Below are positions 30,502 through 39,949 of a stretch of 64,000 nucleotides of DNA, in pieces. The position numbers and the translations under genes are program-made. This stretch comes from Thermodesulfovibrionia bacterium. GTDB lineage: Bacteria; Nitrospirota; Thermodesulfovibrionia; UBA6902. The notes under the pieces are model-generated. The model ran no database searches. It saw nothing but the letters and a program-made list of their open reading frames with translations, and had not been told where the DNA came from. Where the stretch lies: the NCBI GenBank assembly GCA_030646035.1, contig JAUSMY010000046.1:73072-137071 (forward strand). Direction: 5' to 3'. How positions within the stretch are numbered: the stretch's first letter is position 1; every line of letters starts with the position of its first letter.

Positions 30502-31875
30502 ATGGGTTACATGAGGCTGATATTTACATTTATTATTGCTGTTACGGTATTGTTTGTTTCAGGCTGTAATACTTCCACACAGCCGCCCGAAAAATCGCGC
30601 AAGCCCATTGATACGACAGTATCAAGAAAGCTGTCGGTTGTTTCAGCAGCATTTTTATCCCCGGAAATGGAGCAGGCGCGCCAAGAGACGCATAATTCTA
30701 CGATCGAATTTACAAAGGACGGTTCAGGAGTTGTTTATATTGAACCTGTTAAGGATAAATTCCGTGTAGTTCATAACGGCAAAACCGGCAATCCGTATCT
30801 TGCCATTAGTGAGTTGAGCATCAGCAGTGACGGAAAGCGGGTTGCTTACGTTGCACGCATTTCTGATAGTACCTACAAGATGGTTATTGATAGTAAGGAG
30901 GGACTTCCATTTGGTGCAAATGACAACCACTGGTTTACTCCTGACGGTAAGCATCATCTGTCAACTGTTACTGAAGGCGATAACAGATATATTGTCATTG
31001 ACAATAAGGTCAACCATGATTATCGAATGGAGCAAGGTCTTGTCATAAGCCCTGATTCCAGCGCCCTTGCTTTTTCCATCAAGTCTCCTGATGGCAACAG
31101 TAAACAACTTATCATCACAGATATTGAATTAAAGAATAAGAAGGTATTCGATTCCTGCGGAGAGTATATCGTTCCTAATGATGACACCTCACTGCTTGCG
31201 GTTGTTTGTTCCGAAGGTGGTAAAGGCAGCGTTAAGGTAATAGATTTTTTGAATCGCACCGTTATTTCTGACAGCAAATATGATGGGACTATAACTCATT
31301 TGAGGTTTTCCCCGGATAATCGTTCGTGGGCATATACCTATTTCAAAAGCGAAAAACAGAGATACATTGTCTGCAATGGCAGGGAAGAACAGATCCCGGT
31401 GGGAGATGAATTTTTATCAGAGCCGTTAGTATTGTCTGATCCGGAATCTGTCGGCGTCATTATCGGCGATGTTTTTGAGGCACGCCTCCATCGCGCATTT
31501 CAGAAGCAGAATAAAGATGGAAAAGGTTACGGCTACACATCAGATTTTGTCAGCAGCAAAGACAGGCGTCATTATGCGTTTATTGCGGTTAATCATAATG
31601 AAGAGCGGCAGTATATTGTTGTGGATGGGAATGAAGGCATAAAGTTTGACAAGATAGTTTCACCGGTCTTCAGCCCTGATGGTAAATTTCTTGTGTATCG
31701 CGCGAGACAATCGGGAAAGCGGTTTATTGTCATATCTGACCTGAACGGGAAAATTATACGCCAGCATCGGTATTACGACATGGTTTTTCAACCGATTTTT
31801 GTTGATGACGGAAAATCTGTAGCCTATATTGTCCTTGATGGCAATGAGTTCTGGTGGAAAGTTGAAAAGTTGTAG
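30502..31875 (+). CDS. TolB-like (PD40/WD40) beta-propeller lipoprotein
   Basis: lipobox VSG|C; repeated (F/I)SPDG(K)..AY units. Confidence 0.85.
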   Translation: MGYMRLIFTFIIAVTVLFVSGCNTSTQPPEKSRKPIDTTVSRKLSVVSAAFLSPEMEQARQETHNSTIEFTKDGSGVVYIEPVKDKFRVVHNGKTGNPYLAISELSISSDGKRVAYVARISDSTYKMVIDSKEGLPFGANDNHWFTPDGKHHLSTVTEGDNRYIVIDNKVNHDYRMEQGLVISPDSSALAFSIKSPDGNSKQLIITDIELKNKKVFDSCGEYIVPNDDTSLLAVVCSEGGKGSVKVIDFLNRTVISDSKYDGTITHLRFSPDNRSWAYTYFKSEKQRYIVCNGREEQIPVGDEFLSEPLVLSDPESVGVIIGDVFEARLHRAFQKQNKDGKGYGYTSDFVSSKDRRHYAFIAVNHNEERQYIVVDGNEGIKFDKIVSPVFSPDGKFLVYRARQSGKRFIVISDLNGKIIRQHRYYDMVFQPIFVDDGKSVAYIVLDGNEFWWKVEKL

Positions 31876-31897
31876 GCTGGTTACCTAATGTAGTTTT

Positions 31898-31930
31898 GTC
31901 ATTCCTGCGGTCTTTTGAGCAGGAATCCAG
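31898..31930 (+). repeat. REP-like palindrome, left flank of GIY-YIG gene
   Basis: GTCATTCCTGCG-gtcttttg-AGCAGGAATCCAG. Confidence 0.8.
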
Positions 31931-31938
31931 AATATTAT

Positions 31939-32229
31939 ATGAAGGATTTCTATGTATATATTCTTTCCAATAAGAGAAATGGCACATTGTATACAGGTAT
32001 AACTTCTGACCTTATTAAACGAGTTTATGAGCATAAGAATAATCTTGTTGATGGATTTACCAAAAAACATAATATTCACCGATTAATATGGTATGAAAAC
32101 CATAAATCACCAGAAGCAGCTATCACCAGAGAAAAGCAGATAAAGAAATGGAAAAGGATCTGGAAATTGGAACTTATTGAAAAAGAGAATCCTGAATGGA
32201 ATGATTTATATGAAAACATTTTATTATAA
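31939..32229 (+). CDS. GIY-YIG nuclease family protein (UPF0213-like)
   Basis: FYVYIL...TLYTGITSDLIKRVYEHK...AITREKQIKKWKR.WK..LIE..NPEW.DLY. Confidence 0.93.
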   Translation: MKDFYVYILSNKRNGTLYTGITSDLIKRVYEHKNNLVDGFTKKHNIHRLIWYENHKSPEAAITREKQIKKWKRIWKLELIEKENPEWNDLYENILL

Positions 32230-32257
32230 CTGGATTCCTGCTTTCGCAGGAATGACG
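32230..32257 (-). repeat. REP-like palindrome, right flank of GIY-YIG gene (inverted relative to left)
   Basis: CTGGATTCCTGCTTTCGCAGGAATGACG, whose reverse complement is CGTCATTCCTGCGAAAGCAGGAATCCAG. Confidence 0.85.
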
Positions 32258-32259
32258 GC

Positions 32260-33342
32260 ATGACCATACTAAACAATATATATAAATTCCTCTCATCCTA
32301 TAAGCTGGCTATGGCGCTTCTGGTCATTATTCTTGCCTGCTGCCTGTCAGGGGTTACGATATGGCGCGGCGCTGAAGCATGGATGCTGATATTTAATTCG
32401 CTCTGGTTTAACGGACTTCTGTTTCTGCTGGTTATCAATGTAGCCTGCTGCTTTTTTGGCAGGATCTGGGGACGGCGGGTGACGGTCATTTCCTTCGGGA
32501 TGATCCTGTTTCACTTAAGCTTTGTCTGTATGTTCCTTGCTATTGTCTACAATACCCTGTTCTGTTTTCGTGGGGACATCAGGTTAACTGAAGGCGAATC
32601 AATCCCCAGCGGTGACTTGCAAAGTTATGATAGTGTCGAAAAAGGGCTTTTTTTCAATTTTTCGCAACTCCGTGGAGAAACATCTCTTATTAAAATGCAC
32701 GCTGATTATAAAGTTTCGGGAAACGATAAACGCGCTGCCTATGAAATATCAGTTGGAGAAGAGAACAACAAAAAGCAGGGAATTATTTACATAACTCATA
32801 AATTGACCCATCGAGGTTTCGATTATTTTAACGATAAAGAAGGATATTCTTTACTAATAATGCTCTCTGACAAAAGGGGGCAGGATCTGTATGGAGCGCA
32901 TGTCCCACTGCAGAGCATAGTGTTAGGGAAAGACATGTTTGAGTATTCTACCGGCTTCAAAGTTGAAGGTAAGGTCAAGAAGGATGTTATCCCGTTTCCT
33001 GCTCCTCCGGAAACGATCTTTGCCTTGAAGACCGAGTATATTCCATCGAAGGTCAAAGAGCGTGCAGGGGATGTTCACTACCTTCTATATCCACTTAATG
33101 AAGTAGGCCTTCCTAATCTTGACAAGCCGTTAGCAGAAGGCATGGCAGCTATCGGCGAATCATTTGCTGCCGGAGAGTATTTTCTGACAGTCAAAGAGGT
33201 GCGTTACTGGGTTGGTATGAAGGTAAGCTATGAACCGGGCAAGCCGATCGTGCTGACATCCCTCTGGGTTGCTTTGGCAGGGATGATAATTACGACTGTC
33301 GGCAGGATGGTGCGGAGAAAAGGCCCGGTCACTTCCCGTTGA
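32260..33342 (+). CDS. resB: cytochrome c biogenesis System II ResB/CcsB-like protein
   Basis: KFLSSYKLAM, IFNSLWF, TM3 His (LFHLS), LTEGE, large periplasmic loop, YEPG before the last TM. Confidence 0.85.
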   Translation: MTILNNIYKFLSSYKLAMALLVIILACCLSGVTIWRGAEAWMLIFNSLWFNGLLFLLVINVACCFFGRIWGRRVTVISFGMILFHLSFVCMFLAIVYNTLFCFRGDIRLTEGESIPSGDLQSYDSVEKGLFFNFSQLRGETSLIKMHADYKVSGNDKRAAYEISVGEENNKKQGIIYITHKLTHRGFDYFNDKEGYSLLIMLSDKRGQDLYGAHVPLQSIVLGKDMFEYSTGFKVEGKVKKDVIPFPAPPETIFALKTEYIPSKVKERAGDVHYLLYPLNEVGLPNLDKPLAEGMAAIGESFAAGEYFLTVKEVRYWVGMKVSYEPGKPIVLTSLWVALAGMIITTVGRMVRRKGPVTSR

Positions 33343-33898
33343 TGATCAACACGAGATCCGTTGACAGCTGCCCGGACTTTATGAAGCCGTCTATCCTGGA
33401 ATCTTCTTTTTGAGTCCACACTCCCGGCTCAATAACCACCAGTGCCTTCTCCTGCCCGGGGATATATTTTGAGAGAGGCATGACGTGTACGCGTCCTCCC
33501 TCATGTAAAAAAATATATCCGGTATCAGTAGCAATAAGCGGTACAATTAACTCTTGCCTTGCCATTATCTCTAATACAACTTCAGACCAAAATATATCTG
33601 GAACGATATGGTAGGCTGTTCTCACGATGCCATGACGCATGGCTCTGTCAAGGTAGTCCGTTTCCGGAATAGCAATGCCTGAAAATTGCCTGTTCAGGTG
33701 ACGGGTAAAGAGAACCGCTACTCTGCCATGAACACCGGATGAGTGCCAAATACTGTCAATATCCTCTGCTGATTTGACCGCAACCGTCTTGTCAGGAATG
33801 ATAAATGACCTTTTAGCTGGCCCATATGTAAAAGTCCATACAAGCACGCAGAAGAAGAACAGCATAATTGCCGTTATGCTCAAGTTTCGAAAAGGCAT
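33329..33898 (-). CDS. membrane-anchored hypothetical protein
   Basis: N-terminal TM; translationally coupled to the upstream glycosyltransferase (TGATG). Confidence 0.65.
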   Translation of the reverse strand: MPFRNLSITAIMLFFFCVLVWTFTYGPAKRSFIIPDKTVAVKSAEDIDSIWHSSGVHGRVAVLFTRHLNRQFSGIAIPETDYLDRAMRHGIVRTAYHIVPDIFWSEVVLEIMARQELIVPLIATDTGYIFLHEGGRVHVMPLSKYIPGQEKALVVIEPGVWTQKEDSRIDGFIKSGQLSTDLVLIINGK

Positions 33899-35160
33899 CA
33901 GAAGTTACCCATATATCTGACCATGGAAAGTATGGGACGAAAGGGGACAAGGGGAACGAGCCGCGCCGAAACAAGGGGGAACATGTATACTCCCCAGATG
34001 AGTGTGGCTGAGAGGAAACATGTGTAGACCACGATTTCTTTTTTCATCTTTATGGCGCATAGTGTCACTGCCCGGGCAAGTGCAAGATAGGCAAAGGGAA
34101 GCAAAGCTATAGAAGAATAACTGAACATAGGACGCTGCGCCACGAGTACCAGCAGATAGCAACTACCAAACAGCAATGGCGTAAGCAGTTCCCGTGACAA
34201 ATGTTTTTTCCACGCATAGACGGATGCGGCGAATAATGACGGCAGGACGAGCAAGCGAAACGGTGGATTATTGGATTGCAGCAGAAAGACCCCTTCCTCA
34301 TTGTTCAGCAGCCTCTGGTGCCCCCAAAACATCGGCTTGATGAACCATTCCCACGGTTTACCTCCGGCCTCCAGAAAGGCATTGTTGACAAAAGTGCTCA
34401 TACGCTGCAATCCCCAGACTGCATCCATCTTCATCTGAATGAATTCAAAAAACGTATAGCCACGGCCAAACCACTGGGAGTAGGACAGGAGGTAGACGGC
34501 AAAAGGCAATAACAGGAGCGAAACTGTAAAATCTGTAATGACCGGGCGGGTCAGTTCTCCACGTTGGCGAATTCTATACAATGCGTACATCACCACCAGC
34601 GGGATCGCAAAGACAAAATAGGCCTTAAGAGCCATAGTCAGTCCCATGGCGATACCTGCCAGCGGCAGGACTGGCCGTTTGTTTTCAGTATATTCAAGCA
34701 GTAGATACAGATAGAGCAAAAAGAAAAAAGTAACCGGTATTTCCATGAACGTAGTGCGGGAAAGATAGATATGGTACGGATCAAACGCAAGCAGTGCGGT
34801 GGAGATGAGTGGAACTGCGCTGCCGGGATATAGCAGGCTCCCAATCAGAAAGATCAAGGCAACAGAGGCTGTCCCGAAGAATATATTGCTGCTCCGCCAA
34901 CCGACAGGGTTATCGCCAAAAATTAGAATGGTGCCATACATGATCAGGCCGCTCAACTGGGGGTGCTGCCAGTTCCAGTTGTCGGTTGTGCCATATGTGC
35001 CCAGGCTTATCGCATTCGGCACGTGGATGGCCTCATCTTCGATATATTCGTTCAGTTCAAAAGCCCCCCACAATCTTAAAACAGCAGCCAGGATCAGGAT
35101 CAGCAGGGCAAGTTTCCAACTGTTTACAAATAGTGAATCGTTCGAGAGTGCTTTATTCAT
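33898..35160 (-). CDS. PMT/GT39-like lipid-carrier-dependent (protein O-mannosyl) glycosyltransferase
   Basis: first-loop DE (YIEDE), HPQLS, GDNPVGWR, SRT, PWEW, multi-TM GT-C fold. Confidence 0.85.
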   Translation of the reverse strand: MNKALSNDSLFVNSWKLALLILILAAVLRLWGAFELNEYIEDEAIHVPNAISLGTYGTTDNWNWQHPQLSGLIMYGTILIFGDNPVGWRSSNIFFGTASVALIFLIGSLLYPGSAVPLISTALLAFDPYHIYLSRTTFMEIPVTFFFLLYLYLLLEYTENKRPVLPLAGIAMGLTMALKAYFVFAIPLVVMYALYRIRQRGELTRPVITDFTVSLLLLPFAVYLLSYSQWFGRGYTFFEFIQMKMDAVWGLQRMSTFVNNAFLEAGGKPWEWFIKPMFWGHQRLLNNEEGVFLLQSNNPPFRLLVLPSLFAASVYAWKKHLSRELLTPLLFGSCYLLVLVAQRPMFSYSSIALLPFAYLALARAVTLCAIKMKKEIVVYTCFLSATLIWGVYMFPLVSARLVPLVPFRPILSMVRYMGNF

Positions 35161-35897
35161 TGTTCAGATGCAGTGCCGCTGTTTTTTACATCCGGCTTTA
35201 TGATGTGTTTTAAAATATTTATTACATACCGTAACCATACTCTGGTTACGCGCACTTTAGTCTCTCCTCCCTTACGGCGGTATTCGTGGCTGGCGACATT
35301 GATGACACGGTAGCCTCTTGCCAGCGCCTTCATCGTCATCTCCTGCTCTATGGTGGTGCTGTCCTCTCTCATATTGAGGGCTTGCCCTATATCACGAACC
35401 ACCGCGCGAAAGCCGTTCTGGGTATCACTCAAACGCGATTTCCATCGATAATTGATGGCAAGGTTAATGATCATGCTGCCGGTCAGGCGGATAAATTCTT
35501 TGGCATCTGAAAATAGTTCGTCGCTGCCGCCGGTCATGCGACAACCGATGACGATGTCTGCCTGACCGTTACGTATCGGTTCAATTAATTTTGGTATGTC
35601 GGATGCCTCGTGGGACCCGTCTGCATCGATAAAGACCACGATCGGATGGGAGGCAACCTGAAGACCTTGGCGTAGAGCCGCGCCTTTTCCTCTGCCATTA
35701 TCACAGATAACGGTTACTCCCATATCCTCAGCGATCTGTCTTGTCTGGTCGATGGAGTTGCCGTCTATTACCAATAGTTCATCGGCGTAGTTCCTGACGT
35801 CGTTCAGCACCTGTCTGATAGTAGCCTCTTCATTCAGGGCAGGCACAATGACAGTGACCTTCCACGCGCTACGGTTGCTTATAGTTGTTACATCCAT
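35157..35897 (-). CDS. GT2 polyprenol-phosphate glycosyltransferase (DPM1-like)
   Basis: VIVPALNEE, GKGAA, DADGSH, DTQNGFRA, RRKGGETK. Confidence 0.9.
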   Translation of the reverse strand: MDVTTISNRSAWKVTVIVPALNEEATIRQVLNDVRNYADELLVIDGNSIDQTRQIAEDMGVTVICDNGRGKGAALRQGLQVASHPIVVFIDADGSHEASDIPKLIEPIRNGQADIVIGCRMTGGSDELFSDAKEFIRLTGSMIINLAINYRWKSRLSDTQNGFRAVVRDIGQALNMREDSTTIEQEMTMKALARGYRVINVASHEYRRKGGETKVRVTRVWLRYVINILKHIIKPDVKNSGTASEQ

Positions 35898-37312
35898 CGT
35901 ATGAATCCATAAAGTTTTGAGATCAGCGCCCAGATGTCGGAAGGGCGTTTAATATGGTTCTTCAGAGTGTTAATAATTCTTTTCGGGGTGAAATACCAGC
36001 GCAGCATGAGTCTGCGGCGGAGTTTCATGATCTCCCTGGCAGTCAGCTGCGGATAGTCAAGAACAGAGCTGTTGTGTTCCCATTGACTCCAATCTGCTGC
36101 GGATAGCCAACTGTTTTGTACGGCATCATTATAAAGCTGCGTCCCGGGATACGGCATTGCACAATAGTATTGCACAAAGTCGAGATTAAGGGAATTAATG
36201 AATTTAGAGGTAGTTGCAATTGTCGCATATGTGTCAGCAGGAAAGCCGATTATGACATGTCCTGTTACTTGCAATCCCGCTTTTTTTGCCAGGGTGACAG
36301 CGTGGCTGATCTGTTCAAGAGATGTCTGTTTGTTGATCTGGTTGAGAATGTTTTGATCGCCTGATTCTATCCCGAAGGCGATGTTCCAGCAGCCTGCATC
36401 TTTTATAGCCTTTAGTGTTTCGGCATCAACGGCATCAACCCGGCTATTGCAGACCCATTTGATTTGCAAGCCCGATCTGATGATAGCCTGACAGAGCTCC
36501 CTGACAAAATTCTTGTCAAGGATGAATTCCTCAGCCCAGAACATGAAGTTCGTGATCCCGAATCGTGTTACATTGTTATGCAGTTCCTGCATGATGCGAC
36601 CTGCACTGTGCCGGCGGGGAGTGCGGCCGTAGTAAACGTAGGCATTACAGAAGATACAGCGGTAGGGGCAACCCCGGTTTGTGTTGACGAGCAGGAACTT
36701 ATCGTTATTCAGGGGGAGACGGTAGTTTTCAGTATTGATGAAAGACCAATCTGGAACCGGCAGGTCGTCAAGATCCTTAATCGGTTCACGAGGTGCCGTT
36801 ACCACCAGCTGCTCTTTATCGTCAAGAAAGGCTATACCTGGTGTGCTGTGAAGTTTGTCTCCGCCAGCAAGTGCTTCAACAAGGTCACGGGCGGCGAATT
36901 CAGGTTCTCCGATGATGCAGTAGTCCACGCCGTTTTCTGCTTGCAGAATTTCTTTATATTGGCATGAGGGATGGATGCCGAAGAGAACAGTAGCTATGGA
37001 GTTAGGGCTCTCTTCTTTTATGCATGCCGCGGCATATATATCGTCCTCAATTGTGGGGGTGGACGTGTTAATAAAGACAATGTGCGGATCAAATGAACGG
37101 ACATTTGTCAGCATGGTGTGAACCGTGTCTGATGTCGCCGGGCAGTCCATAACATTGACTGTGTGTCCCCGTTCTCGCAGCAAGGTCGCTATGGTGACCA
37201 TGGTGACAGGCGCCATGATATAGCCCCAGGCACCTTTGCGCTGCATGCAACGCCCTTCCTTTACCATGACTATATTGTCTCGCCTAGGCGGGTTGAGTAT
37301 CAGGCAGTTCAT
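35888..37312 (-). CDS. cobalamin-binding radical SAM enzyme 1
   Basis: B12-binding N-domain (GIHP, GEPE); RGCPYRCIFC; GIESG; PYPGT; start at MNCLILNPP. Confidence 0.9.
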   Translation of the reverse strand: MNCLILNPPRRDNIVMVKEGRCMQRKGAWGYIMAPVTMVTIATLLRERGHTVNVMDCPATSDTVHTMLTNVRSFDPHIVFINTSTPTIEDDIYAAACIKEESPNSIATVLFGIHPSCQYKEILQAENGVDYCIIGEPEFAARDLVEALAGGDKLHSTPGIAFLDDKEQLVVTAPREPIKDLDDLPVPDWSFINTENYRLPLNNDKFLLVNTNRGCPYRCIFCNAYVYYGRTPRRHSAGRIMQELHNNVTRFGITNFMFWAEEFILDKNFVRELCQAIIRSGLQIKWVCNSRVDAVDAETLKAIKDAGCWNIAFGIESGDQNILNQINKQTSLEQISHAVTLAKKAGLQVTGHVIIGFPADTYATIATTSKFINSLNLDFVQYYCAMPYPGTQLYNDAVQNSWLSAADWSQWEHNSSVLDYPQLTAREIMKLRRRLMLRWYFTPKRIINTLKNHIKRPSDIWALISKLYGFIRWM

Positions 37313-37512
37313 GAGTACTGAAAATTGTTTTGCATACTTGACATTATCATAATCATGATGTTTGGCACAACCCGCCATTTGAGCTGCCGGTATGCCTGAT
37401 AGGCTTGTGTCAAAATTGCCAGTGAACGCTTCAGCCTGTCTTGGAATTGTCTTAGTGTGCTTATTTGTGGTTTAATAAGAAATTAAATAAGTTATCTTTT
37501 TGAGGTGATCAA

Positions 37513-38337
37513 ATGAAGCTCGAATACATGTATTTTTGGATCGCTGTGGGACTCTACGGCGTTAGCGCATGCAGTTATATCTTCGGTCTTATTGCAAAGC
37601 AGGAGAAACTCTTCACATTCGGCCTGTATAGCGCCCTTGCCGGGTTTGTCCCTCATCTTGTTTCCATCGGACGCCGTTGGATGGAGACAGGGGTTGAACC
37701 GTTTATTACGATATCCGAGTCGATCACCTTCGGAATCTTCGTGGCGGTGCTTATCTTCCTGATATTTCAATTCACTACAAAAAAAATACGGCCTCTCGGC
37801 GTGCTTATCATGCCGGTAGCATTTGTCCTCATGGGATGGGCAGGGACACTTATCAAAGACGCGGCAACAAATCTTGTGCCTGCGCTTCAGAGTTGGTGGA
37901 TCTGGGTACATATAATAGGCGCGGCAACAGGCTTCGGTTCAGTTCTGGCAGCAGCGGGCTTGGGCTTGATGTATCTGCTCAAAGATAAATATTCCGGCGG
38001 CATATATGAACAACTGCCGGAGACTCAGATAATTGAAAATCTTAGTTACAGGTTTGTTGCCGGAGGTTTTATCATGTATGGTCTCATGATAGTATCCGGC
38101 GCCTTCTGGTCGAATACGGTGAAGGGCAGTTACTGGAACTGGGACCCGGTTGAGGTCTGGTCTCTTATCTCCTGGCTTACGTACGGGATATATCTCCATT
38201 TGCGGGCGACCTTCGGCTGGCGCGGCAGGAAGCTGGCGTGGTATGCGCTTATCGCGCTGGCAGCGATGATCATCAGTTACTGGGGAATTCCATTCACTGT
38301 GGAGACGTTTCATGCAGGGTTCCGTATTGAACACTAA
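37513..38337 (+). CDS. ccsA: cytochrome c biogenesis System II CcsA/ResC heme ligase
   Basis: PALQSWWIWVH; WWD domain GAFWS...GSYWNWDPVEVWSLISW; YLH; C-terminal His. Confidence 0.93.
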   Translation: MKLEYMYFWIAVGLYGVSACSYIFGLIAKQEKLFTFGLYSALAGFVPHLVSIGRRWMETGVEPFITISESITFGIFVAVLIFLIFQFTTKKIRPLGVLIMPVAFVLMGWAGTLIKDAATNLVPALQSWWIWVHIIGAATGFGSVLAAAGLGLMYLLKDKYSGGIYEQLPETQIIENLSYRFVAGGFIMYGLMIVSGAFWSNTVKGSYWNWDPVEVWSLISWLTYGIYLHLRATFGWRGRKLAWYALIALAAMIISYWGIPFTVETFHAGFRIEH

Positions 38338-38356
38338 AAAACAGACATAACTGATA

Positions 38357-38451
38357 ACCCCTCTGTATCTCCCCTTGTAAAGGGGCGAATTGTAAATCCC
38401 CTCTTTACCAAGGGGCCAACAGTAGGTGCTTTAAGCAGGGTAGGGGAGGTT
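38357..38451 (+). repeat. 95-bp REP-like element, copy 1 (with 22-nt insert at 38416-38437)
   Basis: ACCCCTCTGTATCTCCCCTTGTAAAGGGGCGAA...AGGGGAGGTT; 3 mismatches to the copy at 41456. Confidence 0.9.
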
Positions 38452-38502
38452 AATAATAATGTTAATGATATTAAATGAAAAGCTGATGGCTAATAGCTGC
38501 TA

Positions 38503-39849
38503 ATGAAATTAGCGATTATCTTCCCTCCGTTGCCTTTCGGCTGGACGCCTGTGGCGCCTCCGATACTTGAATATCTGGCAGCGCTTACACGTAGAGCTGA
38601 TCCGAGTATTGAGATCGAGCTGATCAGCGCCAGCGCCACTCCTGATGCCTTTGACAAGCTTGAGTGTGACCTCGCAGCCATCAGCATCCTGACTCCTACG
38701 GCAGTGCCGGGTTATCGAATCGCTGAGAAGCTTCGGGCGCGTGGAATTAAAGTTGTCTTCGGCAATATGCACGCTTCTGCCATGCCTGAGGAGGCCAAGC
38801 ATCATGGAGATGCGGTGGTGATAGGCGAGGCAGAATCTGTCTGGCCTGAGGTGCTGCGTGATTTCCGCGCCGGTAAGATGAAGCCGTTTTACCGTGGTGA
38901 ACAGATCTCTCTTGATGACCTGCCCACACCTCTTTACGGGCTTTTGCAAGGTAGCCGCAAACATCAATTCAGGATAGTGAATACATCCCGGGGCTGTCCG
39001 TACAACTGCACCTTTTGCTCGGTCAAACCCTTCTACGGCTCAAAGATACGTTTCCGTCCCATTGAACATGTGGTGCGCGATGTGGCTGCTATTCCTGAGA
39101 AGATGTATATAAACGGTGACGAGAACATCTGGTGGGCAGGCAAGGAGCAGAGGGCGATAGACCTCTTCACAGCGCTCAAGGGAAGCGGCAAGAAGTGGAT
39201 GGGCTTCGGCAGTCTCCGCCCTGTGCAGTCGCCTGCGGGGAAGCGAATGCTGAACGCGGCCCGTGAGAGTGGCATGCTATCTCTGTGGGTCGGTTGGGAT
39301 TCCATCTCAGACGAAGGGTTGAAGGGATATGCAGCCGACGGCAAGATCGGTGTTGACCGCGAGGCAGCGCTGCGCACTCTCAGGGATCATGGAATTGATG
39401 TGTCGCTGTTTTACATGCTTGGGTCGCGTGAGGATTCTCTTGATGATTTCAAGCGTTCCATAGAGGTTGCAGACCGGCTCGGAGTAAGCATGCATCCGTC
39501 ATTGGTTGTGCCTTATCCCGGGACAAAACTTCGTGAGCAGTATGAACCTTATCTTTATAAGGAGCTTGGCTGGGAATATTATACCGGCGCATACGCGCTT
39601 TTCGAGCATCCTGACCCCGCTATGACGCCTGAGGTGCGTGAGCAAAAGTTCTATGAAAGCGCGCTTGAAATTTTGAGCCTGCCGAGGGTGTTGCGCCATA
39701 TGTTCAAGGTTCCATTGGCCGGCTTTCCTCATGCCCACATCCTTTCACTCATGTCCCAAATACCTGTACGGCATGGCATGAAGATTGCGTATAATAAATG
39801 GAAAGATTCAAAAGAATCTGTAAATAAAAAGAGATTTAGTTACAGATAG
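38503..39849 (+). CDS. cobalamin-binding radical SAM enzyme 2
   Basis: GNMHAS..PEE, VVIGEAE..W; RGCPYNCTFC; PYPGT. Confidence 0.9.
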   Translation: MKLAIIFPPLPFGWTPVAPPILEYLAALTRRADPSIEIELISASATPDAFDKLECDLAAISILTPTAVPGYRIAEKLRARGIKVVFGNMHASAMPEEAKHHGDAVVIGEAESVWPEVLRDFRAGKMKPFYRGEQISLDDLPTPLYGLLQGSRKHQFRIVNTSRGCPYNCTFCSVKPFYGSKIRFRPIEHVVRDVAAIPEKMYINGDENIWWAGKEQRAIDLFTALKGSGKKWMGFGSLRPVQSPAGKRMLNAARESGMLSLWVGWDSISDEGLKGYAADGKIGVDREAALRTLRDHGIDVSLFYMLGSREDSLDDFKRSIEVADRLGVSMHPSLVVPYPGTKLREQYEPYLYKELGWEYYTGAYALFEHPDPAMTPEVREQKFYESALEILSLPRVLRHMFKVPLAGFPHAHILSLMSQIPVRHGMKIAYNKWKDSKESVNKKRFSYR

Positions 39850-39949
39850 TAGGAATTGGCTTACAATTATGTAACAATTTTGTTGTTATGTATGACAGGT
39901 TTGTGTTCTAACTGAATTTATTGCCTTGGGAATTAAAGGAGAACCTATT

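Noticed and set aside
30181-30514. ORFs 30317-30514 (+) and 30181-30453 (-)
   Set aside because: They run through a terminator and a REP-like dimer; probably spurious
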